Positions 27,164 to 41,916 are shown, numbered from the stretch's first letter. The stretch: DNA of 64,000 nucleotides from Felis catus (GCF_018350175.1 NC_058383.1:16308001-16372000), one strand, 5' to 3'. The notes: a model not told the origin generated them from the letters alone. Translations and numbers: made by a program.

Positions 27164-28270
27164 ATTTGTTCCTGTTTAATTGGTTAAGAACAAACATAGG
27201 GGTGGTGTGTTGAACCATTATCAAGGAAGACGAAGAACTTGATGATCCAACCAAGTAGAAAGATGGTTCAACAGTTAATCAGCTCCAATGGTTATATACA
27301 ATAACCAAGTAGAAAGAGGATTCAACAATGTGTTGCAAAATGATGAAGTAGCCAAATGTTCTACAGAGGAAAATGGATAACAAAACTTGGATTCTTCAGG
27401 AAGGAGCTGGAGGGTCTTATTAACTATACTAATGAAGCATAGAAAAGCTTTAAATAATGCTAGTCAATAAGATTCTTATATCAACTAGACAGAACAATGG
27501 GCCAGATGGTTTTGGGAAAGTTAAAGTGTCAAAAATTTCCAATCTATACAAGAAGAAAGTCCTAAAATGCCCCATGACATAATAAGTAATATTTTGATAT
27601 AAAAGAAAAACAAAGAAAAGTTGTTTGGTCTATGCAACTAGGTTTTATGGATGACCTGATTAAGGGTTGGCCAGTTGCTAATCTGTAAATTGCAATTTAT
27701 TTGTCTGAGAAATTATTATTCTTATTTTGGGTTAGATAAGATTACTAGAACCCAGGAAAGGTACACAAATACCTGGTAGGACAACCTAAGCCTAGCAACA
27801 AATTGACAAAAACTGGAATGCCATTCAAATAAAGATAATAAATCCATGAAGCTAACATTTTTATGGTTTTGGTATAATTAATATTCTAGGTATGTCTTAC
27901 CTGTTTCTTAAGGTATTTAAAATATTTACCACAATCTGAAATTTTAGGCTTGTGATTTAATGAGAGTTTTAGATGTTTTTAATCCCGAAACCCATGTTAA
28001 AAAGAGTGGGGATATCTAATTTTAGACATTCTTGTTTTTATTTATTAGTTTCACATCTGTGAATAATTAGGGGAATGTTGGATGCTTAAAGAATTTCAGT
28101 TTCTTAAACTAATAAACTAAACATTAATCAAAATACAAATAGTAATGACTATATTTCTCTAAGCCCACAAGGCCTGTGGACATAAGAGAATCTATCACAT
28201 GATGATCCTTTAACACTCTGAAGTTCTGAGAAAGTCACACAGGTTTTAATGTTGAGCAGCAATCTTTCAC

Positions 28271-28276
28271 TTTATT
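28271..28276 (-). terminator. Candidate distal poly(A) signal for ZNF713
   Basis: AATAAA on the minus strand, followed about 20 nt later by CA and a GT/T-rich stretch (ctgtgtgactttctc). Use of this site is inferred only. Confidence 0.35.
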
Positions 28277-29517
28277 AATTTTAATATATTTAACAATTGT
28301 TTTCAAAGTGTTACAAAATACTGCTCCAGGCACTGTTGGTATCCACTGAATCAGGAGTAGATGATCCATGTTCTAGTGACATTTCCAGTGAGAAATCCTG
28401 AATAATAAATTATTTATTATTATTGTGTCTAAGCTTAAATATCTCTTTTCATAAAAGAAAGGCATTAGCACCTGGTTAGACAGACCAAATGAACTAATAT
28501 ACATGAAAGGATAATGTCTTGCCCTCCTAGACAGAAATAAGTCACAACTAACAGGTCTTTGAATAAATACTACACCACTGGCTTCCCTGCTCTAAGAACC
28601 AGTATTTTGGTGTAATCAATATATTTAGGGTTCACTCCTTAGTTTGCAACATTTTGAAGAGAACAAAGGACATGAAAATAAATTCATCTCAGAATCACTA
28701 GTTTACTGTACATCTAAGCATAATCATTTATGACACTAAAGAATATTTAATAAGCTTCTATTTTTATGATTCTTATTTATTATGTCAGTCCAGACACCTC
28801 TTTTCTAGGATTATCCAAGTTCTACTGAATCTCTTCTGAAAATTCCATTGTTCTCAATTCACCTGTTGGATACACTGCCTTATACTGTAGCTTTTAACAC
28901 TCTTTGTGGATACATCTTTTTATTTTTTTTCCCGACTGCAAAATTAAACTTTGATCAAAGCATTTATCAATTGTAATTAGCCATTACTTCTTTTAATACA
29001 TACCTCTACTGTCTGAGATTTCACCTTGGCTCACTCTTTTCCTGAAATCTGAGTGCCCTACTTACGGCAAATGAATGTTAAATGTAGTTCATTTTGGAAC
29101 TACCCTGAAAATGGATCTCTACTACACGGACATCTGAGCACAAAATGTTATTAAAAATTCTCCTTGACCATAGTAACTCATGGTTTTATTAACTGTTGCA
29201 CACTGCTGATGCACAGGACGTAAATGTACTTTGAAAAGTTTAACTTCTCTGATGAAATGAGTTCATTTTATTACTTTTAGTGTTTTAATTTTTAAATGTC
29301 TTTAAATCATTTCAGCTTTGACTCAAGAACTTTACAAAATCTAGTCCTTCAGAGGGAAAAAAAAGAGAAGTCTTGAGATGGGAGCTACGTTAGAAGAAAA
29401 AAGGTGAGGAAGCAAAGGGGAAATACATTTCTACCTTAGCTTCATGGCTTCTTCAAGCCATGCCTGAGGAAAGAGAAAAACAGAAAACCAAGAAACTGAA
29501 GCAGCCCCCAAAATGTA

Positions 29518-29523
29518 TTTATT
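29518..29523 (-). terminator. Candidate proximal poly(A) signal for ZNF713
   Basis: Minus-strand AATAAA followed by a T/GT-rich tract (cagtttcttggttttctgtttttctc). Confidence 0.35.
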
Positions 29524-30746
29524 TGTGGCTTATGACAGTTTACATTTATAATGCTTTTTAACATCAAAATGTGATTATCTGTTACACAGGACTGTATTCA
29601 TAAAAAAAATTAACTACTTTAAATTCTTTTTGGAAAAAGGTGTTACATAAATAAATTTATATAAATAAAATGAATTTTTAGGCCAATTTATTAGTACCTC
29701 CTTAGTTATTTATATAAGCCAGTAAGGCTCTTCCCTGGTTCTCAGCTTCATCATGGCACCACAGCTCAACATCTGGTCTTCTACTTCTTGTCTTTCACAG
29801 TTGTGTAGGGAAGTGTAGGGATTCTTAGCCCCTGGTCATTATATAAAAACAAAACAAAACAACAACAAAAAACTCTGTATTCAAACACACAAAAAAATCC
29901 ATTTTAATTAAAAAAGTCTATGTTTGCTAGAGGGAATTTTAAAACTAGAACAACAGGATAGAAAAGTAGACTTCTCTGAATCATTTTCAAAGTTCATCAC
30001 TATGATCCTTAGTCTCCTCCAACATGCTTCTTAAAATGATCCTCTAAGTTGTTTGACGAAAACGCAAAAGTTGCTGAAATGAAAACAAACACTGCCAAAA
30101 TCCTGTCACATTGTTTTTCAAATAAAGGTACAGAAGATTTAGGTAGTACATCAAGCGGATATTTTTAATTTCAAAGTTATATATGTATTTTGATAAATAA
30201 ATGTTTATTTATTTTAGAACAAATATAATTGTCATATAAAACTCATAATTTCTGCAAATAATATTTCCTAGGCAATGCTAAAAATTCTGAATCCCTTTAA
30301 GGAAAAATATTAAGTAAACACTGAATATGGTAAAAACTGTAAAGGAAACAAATGGCTGGTTTGAGAAATATTGCTTTTATGTTTATTTCAAGTTTATGTG
30401 ACTGGTTATACTACATCACTGCTTTAAGTAATCAATGTTTACATACTTTAAAAACTTTATATCATAAAAGTTACAGGAGAATAATTTCAGATTATTGCCT
30501 ATAAGATTTCTGATCATTAAAAAAAGTTTTATATCATATTTGGAACATGACTCAATATTACCTTATTTATAAAATAAATTATTTTCACTATTTATAATCT
30601 CTCCTGGGAATATGCTAATTTAAGATCTAAATTTATTTGGTTTCTATGCATTAAAAGTTTATTTATAAATTTTCTCTTCTCTATGAATAATTTTATATTC
30701 AAGGGGATGAAAAGATCTGACCAAAAGTTTTCCTATATTTATATAT

Positions 30747-31804
30747 TCATATGATTTCCCCCCTGTGAGTTATATGCTGCTGGGTAAGAGAAGGACTGGA
30801 ACTTAAGGTTTTCTCACATTTATTATATTCACACAATTTCTCCCGAGTATGGATCTTCCTATGTTGATTAAGATGTGCACTCTGGCTGAAGGCTTTCTCA
30901 CATTCATTACATTTATAGGGTTTCTCTCCTGTATGAGTTCTCTCATGCTGATTAAGATGTGTCCTCTGGCTGAAGGCTTTCCCACAAAAACTACATTCAT
31001 AAGGTTTCTCTCCGGTATGAAGTCTATGATGTTCAGTAAGGGATGTGATACGGCTAAAGGCTTTACCACATTGATTACATTTGTAGGGCTTCTCTCCAGT
31101 ATGAATTCTCAGATGTTGAGTAAAGGATGAATGTTGACGGAAGGCTTTCCCACATTCATTGCATATAAAAGGCTTTTCTCCTGTGTGAATTCGCTGATGT
31201 TGAATAAGATGAATCCTCTGGCTGAATCTTTTCCCACATTCATCACACTTATAGGGCTTCTCTCCTGTAAGGACTATCTGAGGTTGAGTAAGAGATGAGT
31301 TGTGGCTGAAGGCTTTCCCACATTCACTGGGTTTCTCTTCAGTATGAATATGATTAGTAAGAAGAATATGTTGATTGAAGATTTTTCCACATTCATTATA
31401 TTCATAAGGATTCTTTCTTACATAGTCTCCCTGATAGTAAATCAAGTCTGAATTATGTTTGATGCTATTTCCTTGTGTGTCAGAATTAAGGGGTATTTTA
31501 ATTGAAGGAATTCTCTGATGCTTAATAAGGTTTGAGTTTACATTATAGTTTTCTCCAAATCTATTACAGTCAAGGCTTCTCTCCTGTGTGATCTTTTTGT
31601 GGGTGAAAGATACTTGTGCTAAATGTCTCTGCTGATTTTCTTGGTTAAACTCTAATTGGTAATCAAAATCCCAGAGTCCTCCTAAGATGGAGTACCAGAA
31701 ACTGTCTCCTGTTAGTCTCTCCATTATCATGTCATGGTTTTGATTTTCATCAGAAATATTCTGGTTTGGAATTGATTTTCTGATATCAGGTCTATTCTCT
31801 CCAC
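30747..31804 (-). CDS. ZNF713: ZNF713 last coding exon: spacer plus C2H2 zinc fingers (5 intact, flanked by degenerate fingers)
   Basis: Acceptor tttcttttag| at 31805/31804 in phase 1. The translation (GENRPDI..MIMERLTGDSFWYSILGGLWDFDY..YKCDECGKRFSQRIHLIQHQRIH..KAFSRITSLTEHHRLH..) matches my recollection of human ZNF713. Stop at 30747-30749. Confidence 0.93.
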
Positions 31805-34800
31805 CTAAAAGAAATTCAGAACATACAAATACTTTGCCATCTTCTCTGTTTTGAAAAAGAAATTGTTGCACAATGAATTACCAAGTGAGACTTAAAGTAA
31901 TGTGAACAAAGCATATGTAGCGTAAGTTTTAAAATATGGCCATGTAACAAGGGGGAAGACTATAAAAGGATCACAAAAAGCAGTGAGCAGGGGGAAATTT
32001 TAAAACATGTGTGGTAATCATAAGAAAAGATCATCCAGGAGTATCCACGGTTGAAAGGAAATGGAAAGGAGAGTAAGAAATATCAGAGAAAGATCTGTGC
32101 TCAGAGGTAGGAGGTATCAGAAGAAAGACTACTGGAAGAAGACAGATCCAGACCTTATAAATCTCATCTGTGGATTATCCTTATGTAGTGTCAGCTACTT
32201 GTTTATTGAAAAAGTATGTATTTCTTCCTATTTTAATTTTTTGTTTAAAATGATAAAATGAATACTTGCTTTTAGTAACATATTCAAATAATGTAGAAAT
32301 GCATAAAGTAAGAATTCCAATCTGTAGAGGCAGCTGTTTGGAGCTGTTGGAGGCTGTCTTGCCAGATTTTTTCCCTATGTTCATACAAATATAAATGTAA
32401 GTCATATGAATTGTGATACAAACAAAATTTCATTTCAGCCTCCTACCACTTCTTTGAACTTAATTTAGTGGGGGTATTCTTATTCTGCTTCCAGATGAAG
32501 ATTTGGGGAGGTTCCATGGCTTCTCCCCTCATTCTTAGATAACAGATACTCCTGTTACATTCAAACACAGTCTCTATTCAATAATTAAAAATTTAATCAT
32601 GTGTTTAATAATCAAAGTTCCAAAATTAATCCCTTTCTCTTCCCCTGGGCTGTTATAGAGCCATATTCTTCCTTTCCTCCCACTGCCTGCCTCTTCCCCT
32701 GCCCTACTTTCTTCCTGCTAGATTTTTCCCTGACTACTCTCTCATTTCTTTCCCCACTTAACTATTTCCCTGGCCACTTCTTCCTTCACTTACTAAGTGT
32801 TGTTTAGTTCTCTTCTAACAAGAGTTGGAGGGTAGGAGTCATGTGGAGGGAGGGATTAAGAGAAAGGCCAATTTTTGTATAATTGAGTGGCTTCACATTC
32901 TCAGCTTGCAGAAAGCTAAATAGGACTCACTTTGGGAACTTTTATGATTCTTGGGAGGTTTTAGCTGGACCTCTCCTCTCATTTCCATGACCTAGACAGA
33001 TAAAGCTCTAGTTTGGATAGTCCCTTCAGACCAGCCCTACAGCGTGAATCCTACTGGACAAGATCCAAGATCATGTTGCCTGACTCATAACACTCACGAT
33101 ACCTTGTTCTAACAAACTTGGATAGTACAGACAGATCCTAACTCAACAGTTTTTCTGGCTCACCTACAAAAGCCATTTCATTAGTTAGCTGTTCTTGGGC
33201 CTTAGACTGCTTTAGGTTTCTCAAATGTGAGTCACTCACTAGTCTTGGTCTTCCAACCATAGGGAATGTATATATAAAAGCTGAAGGAGTGTTGCCCTTG
33301 AAGCTGGCACATACAATTATCATCCTAATTAGGACACTTGAGAGTAAAAGGGGGCTCCATTAATAATAATGTCAACAACTGTCTTGGGAAAATAAACTGG
33401 AATTACATCATAATACTGTTTTGTATTTTGCTTTTTTACATTACTGCATATCATGAACACATTTACATGTCAACAAATACATTTCCATATTATTTTTAAA
33501 GGTTTTAAAATATCCAATTTTCTGGATATGTCAAAGTATTTTTAATCAATCACATTTAGGTTACCTTGGACTTACTGTTATCACAAACAGCATGGCAAGA
33601 ATAGTTGGCTGAACATGAAACATATATTTTATAAAGAAAAAAAGAATTGTAAAAAACCGATCAGTTTGCTTAAAGATATACAAAAAGATACATAAACAGA
33701 ACCTACTCTGGTCTAAAATTGTATGTGGAAAAAAATAGTGATTTAGAAGATTCATTTTAAACCCACTGACCATTTCAACCAGATTACCAATCGGATTTTA
33801 TTTTCAGCCCAAATGCTTTTGTCTTGCCTAGGGACTTTGGCTCTAAAATGTTTAGAATAACTGGCTAGAACTTTGAAGACACATTTTCTGCCTAGGAGTA
33901 GAGTTCAGAGCCTTCATTCCCTATGGCCTAGCTTCTGAAACTTTTGTTTATTCCTGGAAACATGGTGGCTTGATCAACATATTCATGGCCATTTTTGTTG
34001 ACTGCCTTCTTTCTATGCCTCTGTGAGGGAAAAGGGAAAACTGCTGCTGGTGGACAGACTTTTCATCTACTGATAACAGAAGGAGTGACTATGCATGGGC
34101 TATATAAACACTGCTCCCCCACTCTGAATATCTTCAAGGCACATCAGATCTGCAATCACAAGGCTGCCTATCTACATCCCAGTGGGATGCCAGGGAACAG
34201 AATCTAGACTACAAAATGAGACAATGATCACTTTGAGTTTCAAAGCATTTGTGAAGAACAAACTCTAGTCCATTTGCTCTAGCTCCTCACCTAACCTAAG
34301 GCCCCATGTTAGCGGACATGACTGCAACTTTCCTTAAAAGGAGGGTGGGCTCTGATAAGGATGAACACTTTTATCAAGCCATGTATAAGACAGCATGCAG
34401 AGATGCTGTTCATTCGTTATTCACTGTGTACTTTCTTCCTGGTTTGGCCTTACCTGACTAGGAACCCAATCATTAACTGAAGCTCCCAAGTCCTACTTTG
34501 TACTTTTGCCTACTCCCCTCTTACACTGCCTGATCCTCTGCTGTCTGAGATTACAGAAAAAGTGTTACCTGGGAAGAAAGTGTTTTCAGACATGGAAGCA
34601 GAAGAGCTTTGCCTGCCTACACTGTGAGAATGACATGCAATCTATTTTATGCCCAAGTCCTAAACTAAGCAAGTGCAATATCTTGGTCATGGCTACAGAC
34701 TAAGCCTCTCTAGCTTATTGCAGGGGTTCATCAGGCCTTCATTATTCTTGCAGGAACCTAAGGGCTCTACATGAAGAAAAACAGGGGATTTTCTGTAGTC

Positions 34801-35328
34801 TCAAGTGGTTACTGTTTGTCTTCATTGACTCCATATTTCCTGGATCAACTCTTGGGGTTATGACCTGCTGATAAAATTAGATTTCTAGGATACTTAGACC
34901 TCTGATCTCCTTTGTATCCAGGAAGGGATACCCTCTAGATGTGACCATGGTCAGTTTAAGCATGTTGTGATGTCACTGGGCAACTTGAACAACATCTTGA
35001 AGGGCCTTCTGGACTGCTGTATATCTCATCAAGTAAACAACTTACCCTGATGTTTAGCCTCATCCAATGCCTTTTGAACTGAATTATTTAGAATTAGGAA
35101 GGAAGGAAACAAGAAGGGAAAGAGGAACAGAGAGAGGGAGGGAGAGAAAGGGAAAGAATTAGGGAGAAAGGGAGGGAGAAAAACAAATTTTGAAAAGTTT
35201 GCCCTTTCTATGTGCAAGGCACTGTAGTATTTCCAGTTCCCTTTTGTTAATTAAAAAACATGCCCTGATCTATAGTGAGTTATGATATTAATTTATTGGG
35301 TAGAACAATAAATTAAAAACTGAAACAA

Positions 35329-35560
35329 CAGTTATAGAGAGGGAGGGGGGAAACCATAAGAGACTCTTAAATACTGAGAACAAACAGGGTTGATGGCAGG
35401 TGGGGGAGAGGGGAAAGTGGGTGATGGGTATTGAGGAGGGCACCTGTTGAGATGTGCACTGGGTGTTGTATGGAAACCAATTTGATAGTAAATTATATTT
35501 AATATAAAAATACTTCAAAAAAATAAAAATAAAAAATAGTCTTAATTTTAAAAAGAAAAA
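35329..35560 (+). mobile_element. Short L1 3' end insertion
   Basis: Felid L1 3' UTR with A-tail. TSD aaaaactgaaacaa at 35315-35328 and 35561-35574. Confidence 0.88.
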
Positions 35561-35753
35561 AAAAACTGAAACAAAATAGCCTAAAAAAGATGAGAAACTA
35601 TCAGAGTTCATCTGACATAGCAATAAAGATAAACGGTGTTTGGTAAAATTTTTGTCTCAATTTTATAGATTATACTGATCTTATGAGTTGCAATAAAAAT
35701 GGATTTCTTGATGATAGTGGTGGTTATAAATAATTAAAAATGATTGGTTTAAG

Positions 35754-35930
35754 AGAGGTTGTAAACTTTTTCTATAAAGGGTCATCTCGTGAATATTTAA
35801 GGTTTTGTGGGTCATATGGGCTTTACTGTTTACTCAACTCTGCTGTTATAGTGTGCAAGCAGCCACAGACAATATATGAGTGATAGAGGGAGTGCGGCTG
35901 TGTTCCCATAAAACTGTTTACACAAACATA
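35754..35930 (+). mobile_element. MER58-like hAT DNA transposon remnant
   Basis: ..aaactttttctataaagggtc..actcaactctgctgttatagtg..gcagccacagacaata..ggctgtgttcccataaaact. Confidence 0.65.
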
Positions 35931-36039
35931 TGATTCTAGACAATGTTTGTTCATCCAAAGAGTCTACAATACCAAACAGGGTTGTCTGGAAAGGGAGACC
36001 CCCTTGATTAATCTATGACATCCTGTGTTGACTGGTGGT

Positions 36040-37500
36040 TCATCTTATACTAGCAATGTATGAGAGTGCTTTCTTTCCTACAGGCTTATCAACAGTGTAT
36101 GCAGACAAATTTTTGGGCTTTTGCTGACCTGACAGGTGAGAAAAAGTCATCTGGTGTAGTTTCAATTTGTGCTTCTCTTATCATGAGTGAGACTGAACAT
36201 TTTTTCTTACATTAAACATATTTGTACTCCTTTACCTAAGAACTGTTCACATGTGTATATTTCTATTGGGCTGTTGGCCTCTTATTGATTTAGAGGAGCC
36301 TTTTTAAAATTAGGCTAGATTAGATTATTTTGAGAGAGTGAGAGAGAGAGCGTGATTGAGGTAGGGGAGAGAGATAATCCCAAGCAGGCTCTGCACTGAT
36401 AGTGCAGAGCCTGATGCAGGGCTGGAACCCGTGAACCATGAGATCATGACCTGATCTGAAACTAAGAGTTAGACACCCAGCCGAGTCACTCAGGCACCCC
36501 AGGAGCCTTTTGTTAATGGGAGCTTAGCCCTTTTGATATAAGTTGCAAATATTCCCCCCCACCCCAACCATTGCCATTTACCTTTTCACTTTGCTTATTA
36601 TTCTATACCATGCAGAATTTGGGGATTTGTGTCTGTTGAAAGTATAAATCTTTTCTTTTATGGCTTCTAGATTTTGAATCATAGTCAGAAATGACTTCCC
36701 CATTTCAAGGTTATAAAAGATTTCTCCTATGTTTTCTTCCATGCTCTTATGGTTTCATGTTTTACATTTAACGTCTCTGATTCTTTTGGAGTATCTTAGT
36801 TTAAGGGGTAAGCTATGGATCCAACTTTATCTTTTTCCAGATGACTACTCAATATTCATTAAAAGGTCTACCTTTTATAGTTACAATTGTGGTAAGCACA
36901 GCATAAAGATGATTCACTAAGCTGTGCTCCTGAAACTAATGTAACATTGTGTGTCAATTATACTCAAAAAAAAAAAAAAAAAAGGTCTACCTCTTAAATA
37001 CCAGTTATCTCAATATCATTTTACTAAGATGTGTACCTTTTCCCTACTAATTTGAAATAATGCCTTTAACAGATACTAAACCCCTGCATACATCTAGGTC
37101 TATTTCTGGATTTTCTATTCTGTTCAGTTGGTTGCCTTGTTTTGCTTAATAAACTTTTGCTATATATTATCTAGTTGAGATAACCCCTCATTGTTTTCCT
37201 TTCAGAGTTTTCCAGATTATTTTTGTGTTTTGGTTTTTCAATATGAACTTTAGAATGAGCTTATCTAAGATTCCCCCAAAATCTTGAAGGCACTTTTTAT
37301 GGGATGACATTACATGTGTGTTAGGAACATTGACATCTTGGTATGTCTATTTATTCAAGTTTATTTTTGTGTCTGTCAGTGTTTTAAAGTGCTCCTCATG
37401 CAGGTGTTGCACATTTCTTGTTAAAAGTTTATTTCTATGTGTTTTATCTTTTTAGTTACTATTAATTGGGCTCTTCTCTTCCATCTTATTTTATAACTGG
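36040..37500 (-). mobile_element. Ancient L1 fragment with nested SINE (about 36325-36500, minus) and tiny L1 3' end (36874-36979, plus)
   Basis: Antisense L1 ORF2-like sequence. The small + insert ends in poly(A) and has TSD aaaaggtctacct. Confidence 0.7.
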
Positions 37501-37856
37501 TAGTTGTTTGTGCTTTTACCTTCATCTCATTTCAACAATTATTTACCTGGCTATACAGTTATATCTGAACTTTGATCCATACAAGGAATCTCGAACTCAG
37601 TGTCACACTCTCTGGCTCAGTGAGTAGACTATGGCCTTATTCACTCTCCACCTGCTTTCTAATCTCATCAAGACCTCTGCTGCTTTGACTTGTCTGTTGT
37701 TTTCTAGTTTCCAGTCCTCTTCAGGCCTTACTTTACTTTTTGTCACTTTTTGGACTCTATGTCAACTCACCTGAATTAACAAACTCTCTCTCAGTTTTCC
37801 TCCTTCAGTTCCACCAGTCTGACAGGCTCTCAGCCTGGATCTACAAAGCCTTTCCA

Positions 37857-38072
37857 GGGGCGCCTGGGTGGCTCAGTTGGTTAAGCGGCCGACTTTGGCT
37901 CTGGTCATGATCCAGAACTCGGTCCCTGAGTTCGAGCCCCGCATCGGGCTCTGTGCTGACAGCTCAGAGCCTGGAGACTGTTTCAGATTCTGTGTCTCCC
38001 TCTCTCTGACCCTCCCCTGTTCATGCTCTGTCTCTCCCTGTCTCAAAAATAAATAAAACGTTAAAAAAAAAA
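37857..38072 (+). mobile_element. Felid SINE
   Basis: ggggcgcctgggtggctcag... with A-tail and TSD aaagcctttc. Confidence 0.93.
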
Positions 38073-39751
38073 AAGCCTTTCTAGTGCCAAGTAGAATGGG
38101 AGAAATGGCAAATATATGCATAGTTACTGGAAACCACAAATGCATAGGGCAAAATCTCATCTGGACCCTCAAAGCTGCTTGGCAATCTCTTGATTCATTT
38201 TTGGTCAGTTTCTGTTGACCTTAGTAAGCTAAAGCAAGTGCTCCTCAAGTTCTGTACTTATCCTTCCCCGATTCCTTTATATTCAAAAGACAACCTTGCC
38301 TCCTACTTTGCCGAGAAAATAGAAATAACCATTGTGAACTCTCCCAAATCTTTCTTCAACAAAATTATTTACATAAAAAATCACCCTCACCTCCTTCTTT
38401 CCAATCCCACTCCCATCTCTTCTAGAACCTTGCTTCATAATTTGTATCTATTTTCTAATTACCCCCTCTATTAACTCCTCCCCTTCAGCATTACAAACAA
38501 GCTAAAACCATTCCTGCTTGGAACAATCCTCTTTGGACACTAGCTTCTATTCTAGCATACGCTTTCTATTGTCTCCCTTTATTATTCTAGCTTCTTATAA
38601 GAGTACTGCATACCCAGCTCTACCTGTTTACTTCCTGTTCACTCAAAATGTACTAACTGATCATTCTTATATAATCACTCTTATTAATATAATTATTAAC
38701 TTCTTTGTTTCTAAGTCCACTGGACATTTTCCAGGTCTCATCTTCATCTGGAAGAGCTTTCTAGATAAATAGGCATCAGTAGATGCCAAAAAGGCAAGCA
38801 GTAACCCAGAGGGCAAGCCAGAATTAGATCAGTTCATCCATGGAAATGTTTTGCCACATCCTCATCAGAGGAACCAGTCACTGTGTCTCAGTGTCTTACA
38901 GGATAATGCAAAAATGCAATCTGTCTTCTTGGAGGAGGCTGCCAGGCTGCTGATTCCTGACAAGGAGGATATGAGGAAATCACTTGTTCAAGCCGATCTG
39001 TGAACCAAGAGCCTTAGGCATCCACATAATAATTTCTGGAAATTTTCCTAAGTTAGCAATTATTTTCTCTAGCTGGGGGTCTGTGGATAGGGACATAATG
39101 GGAAAGAGTGTGGATCTTACAAATGGATATGTCTGTGGGGAAAAATATGTACCTGAGGGAAAGAATAGCTTTGCCTTCTGCTGTAAGTTCCTATGCTGGC
39201 AATTCACCTGGGAAGGGAGTTTTCATTTTCTTCCTTTAGTTTCCTACTTCCCAGGTTTCAAAGTGTGGAAATTCATAGAAATAACATCACCTACTGTTGT
39301 CAGGGAAAGTGTTAGGGTTCCTGAAAAAATGTTTTAATTATTAGCCTCTACTTATGGAATGGCAGCACTGGTCAGATCAAAATTCAGGTTCAATGAGACT
39401 AAAACAGGAACAAGGATTCCTACCTAACATGACCTGGAGAACTAAAAGCAAGAAGGACAGCCAAGTCAAAGCCACACTGAAAAATAAGCTGAAGACTGAA
39501 TGACAGAAAACCAAGTCTAAATGGGAAAACCAGGTGCCAGAGCAAAGAATCAGGGTGGACACTAGACACAGACAGGGTAGGTTAACTTGACTTAATAAAC
39601 CAGAGTGGAAAATACCTAACTCAGTGTCTGGCATACGTTTAACATACAACTACTTGCTAATATAACTGGGCAGAACACTGTAGGTGGTATGCCAACAATA
39701 GAGAGCTAAGCTTTTGGGGTTTTTTGGTTAAGAAGCCTCTCATTTAAAGAG

Positions 39752-40170
39752 TCCATCAACTGATGAATGGATAAAGAAATTGTGGTTTATATACACAATG
39801 GACTACTATGTGGCAATGAGAAAGAATGAAATATGGCCCTTTGTAGCAACATGGATGCAACCGGAGAGTGTTCTGCTAAGTGAAATAAGCCGTACAGAGA
39901 AAGACAGATACCATATGTTTTCACTCTTATGTGGATCCTGAGAAACTTAACAGAAACCCATGGGGGAGGGTAAGAAAAAAAGAAGGAGGTTAGAGTGGGA
40001 GAGAGCCAAAGCATGAGAGACTCTTAAAAACAGAACAAACTGAGGGTTGATGGGGGGTGGGAGGGAGGGGAGGGTTGGTGGTGGGTATTGAGGAGGGTAC
40101 CTTTTGGGATGAGCACTGGGTGTTGTATGGAAACCAGTTTGACAATAAACTTCATATATTGAATAAAAAT
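39752..40170 (+). mobile_element. 5'-truncated young felid L1 3' end
   Basis: ORF2 C-terminal end plus 3' UTR, close in sequence to 1-587. TSD aaagag at 39746-39751 and 40171-40176. Confidence 0.92.
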
Positions 40171-40575
40171 AAAGAGATACTTTAAAGAGAGAGTATAAAG
40201 TCAACAAATCCAGGTTTTAAATAATTAAAATAATGGCATGACATTCATAAACAAAAATATAATCTGAAATCTGGGAAGAGAATGTGAATGAAATACTGAG
40301 GCTAGAAATATAGACATGGGAAAAGGACACAGAAGGGTTATTTTAAAGTGATGTACTGCAGAGTTGAGCACCACGTCTGTAGGAATACATACCTTTAGAA
40401 GAATGAAAAGGGACAGAAGGTAGTGAAAGAAGCAGGTAGAGATACAAGACTGAGACTACAAGAGACAAGAATTGTGTGTATCACAAGCCAGGGTGGAAGA
40501 AAATTTCAAGAAAGTAAAGTGAATGCAACAAAGTCATAGGAGACAATAACCGTTGTGTTTTTTTTTGTTTTTTTG

Positions 40576-40606
<31 letters not shown>

Positions 40607-41167
40607 GTTTTTTTTTTTTTGCCACTGGATTTGACTGATAGGAAGTTAGCGGTAATCTCCAAGTAAACAATTTTAGTAGTACAGGTAGGACAGGGGTCAT
40701 ATCACACAGATAATCTAAAGAATTAAAATTCAGGTTATGGGTTTTAGGCATATTTAAAGAGTTTGATAATAAAAGGAAAAAGAATGAAAAGTAGGTAAAA
40801 ATGGCAGAGGATCTTTGACATGGAAAAGAAAGATTTAAAGAATACTGAGAGAGGATGTATGAATAAAGACCAGAAAATGTTATGTGGAGATTTACAACAC
40901 CAAGGTATTTATGAATGTTAAAATTAATACCTTGAAAGTAACTTTTGTGTTGTGTAAATTTTTAAATAGTAAGTATATATTATCTGTTTAATCAGAAAAA
41001 AAGAGCCATTTCCACTTTGGAAAAAAGTCAAACATAAACTGAATTTTAAAAGTCCTCAGTATTCTTTAAACCCCAGAGGCAGAGATTTGGAGCACACTCA
41101 GTTGAATATTTCAAAAGTGACTGCTTCTCTTTACTGAGCAGCAAATACCCAAATGCTTGCTCCTCAC

Positions 41168-41260
41168 CTGCACGAATGTCCCCTGAGCTGCCTCTTTCCA
41201 TCATCCATTGCTCCTCCTGCTCCAACTGAGAGATCACCTCTGGCTTATAAAGTTGATGCC
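41168..41260 (-). CDS. ZNF713: ZNF713 KRAB-B exon (93 nt)
   Basis: Acceptor cccatgaatag|, encodes (G)HQLYKPEVISQLEQEEQWMMERGSSGDIRA(G), donor |gtgagg. Phase 1 at both ends. Confidence 0.92.
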
Positions 41261-41424
41261 CTATTCATGGGAAAAATGTATGCCATAGAAGTTTATACTG
41301 GGAACAAAACTGTCTCTCAGAACTCATTTCCAACTTTTTTAGTCTTTAGAGCCTCTGGATTTGGAAAGGGGAAACTTCAGAGGCAGCAAAATAAAGCTTA
41401 CTCATCTCAAACTCAACAAAGTCA

Positions 41425-41916
<492 letters not shown>

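Noticed and set aside
27200..27850. Possible ancient CR1/L3 RT remnant
   Set aside because: Only faint motif resemblance, too degraded to support by eye.
30747..31871. 374-aa ORF as a single-exon gene starting MQQFLF
   Set aside because: The N-terminal part is intron read-through. The real exon starts at the acceptor at 31804.
33700..35030. Possible processed pseudogene or ncRNA in the last intron
   Set aside because: Balanced-composition sequence with no recognisable protein motif, long ORF or RNA structure. It may be an ancient repeat, so I left it uncalled.
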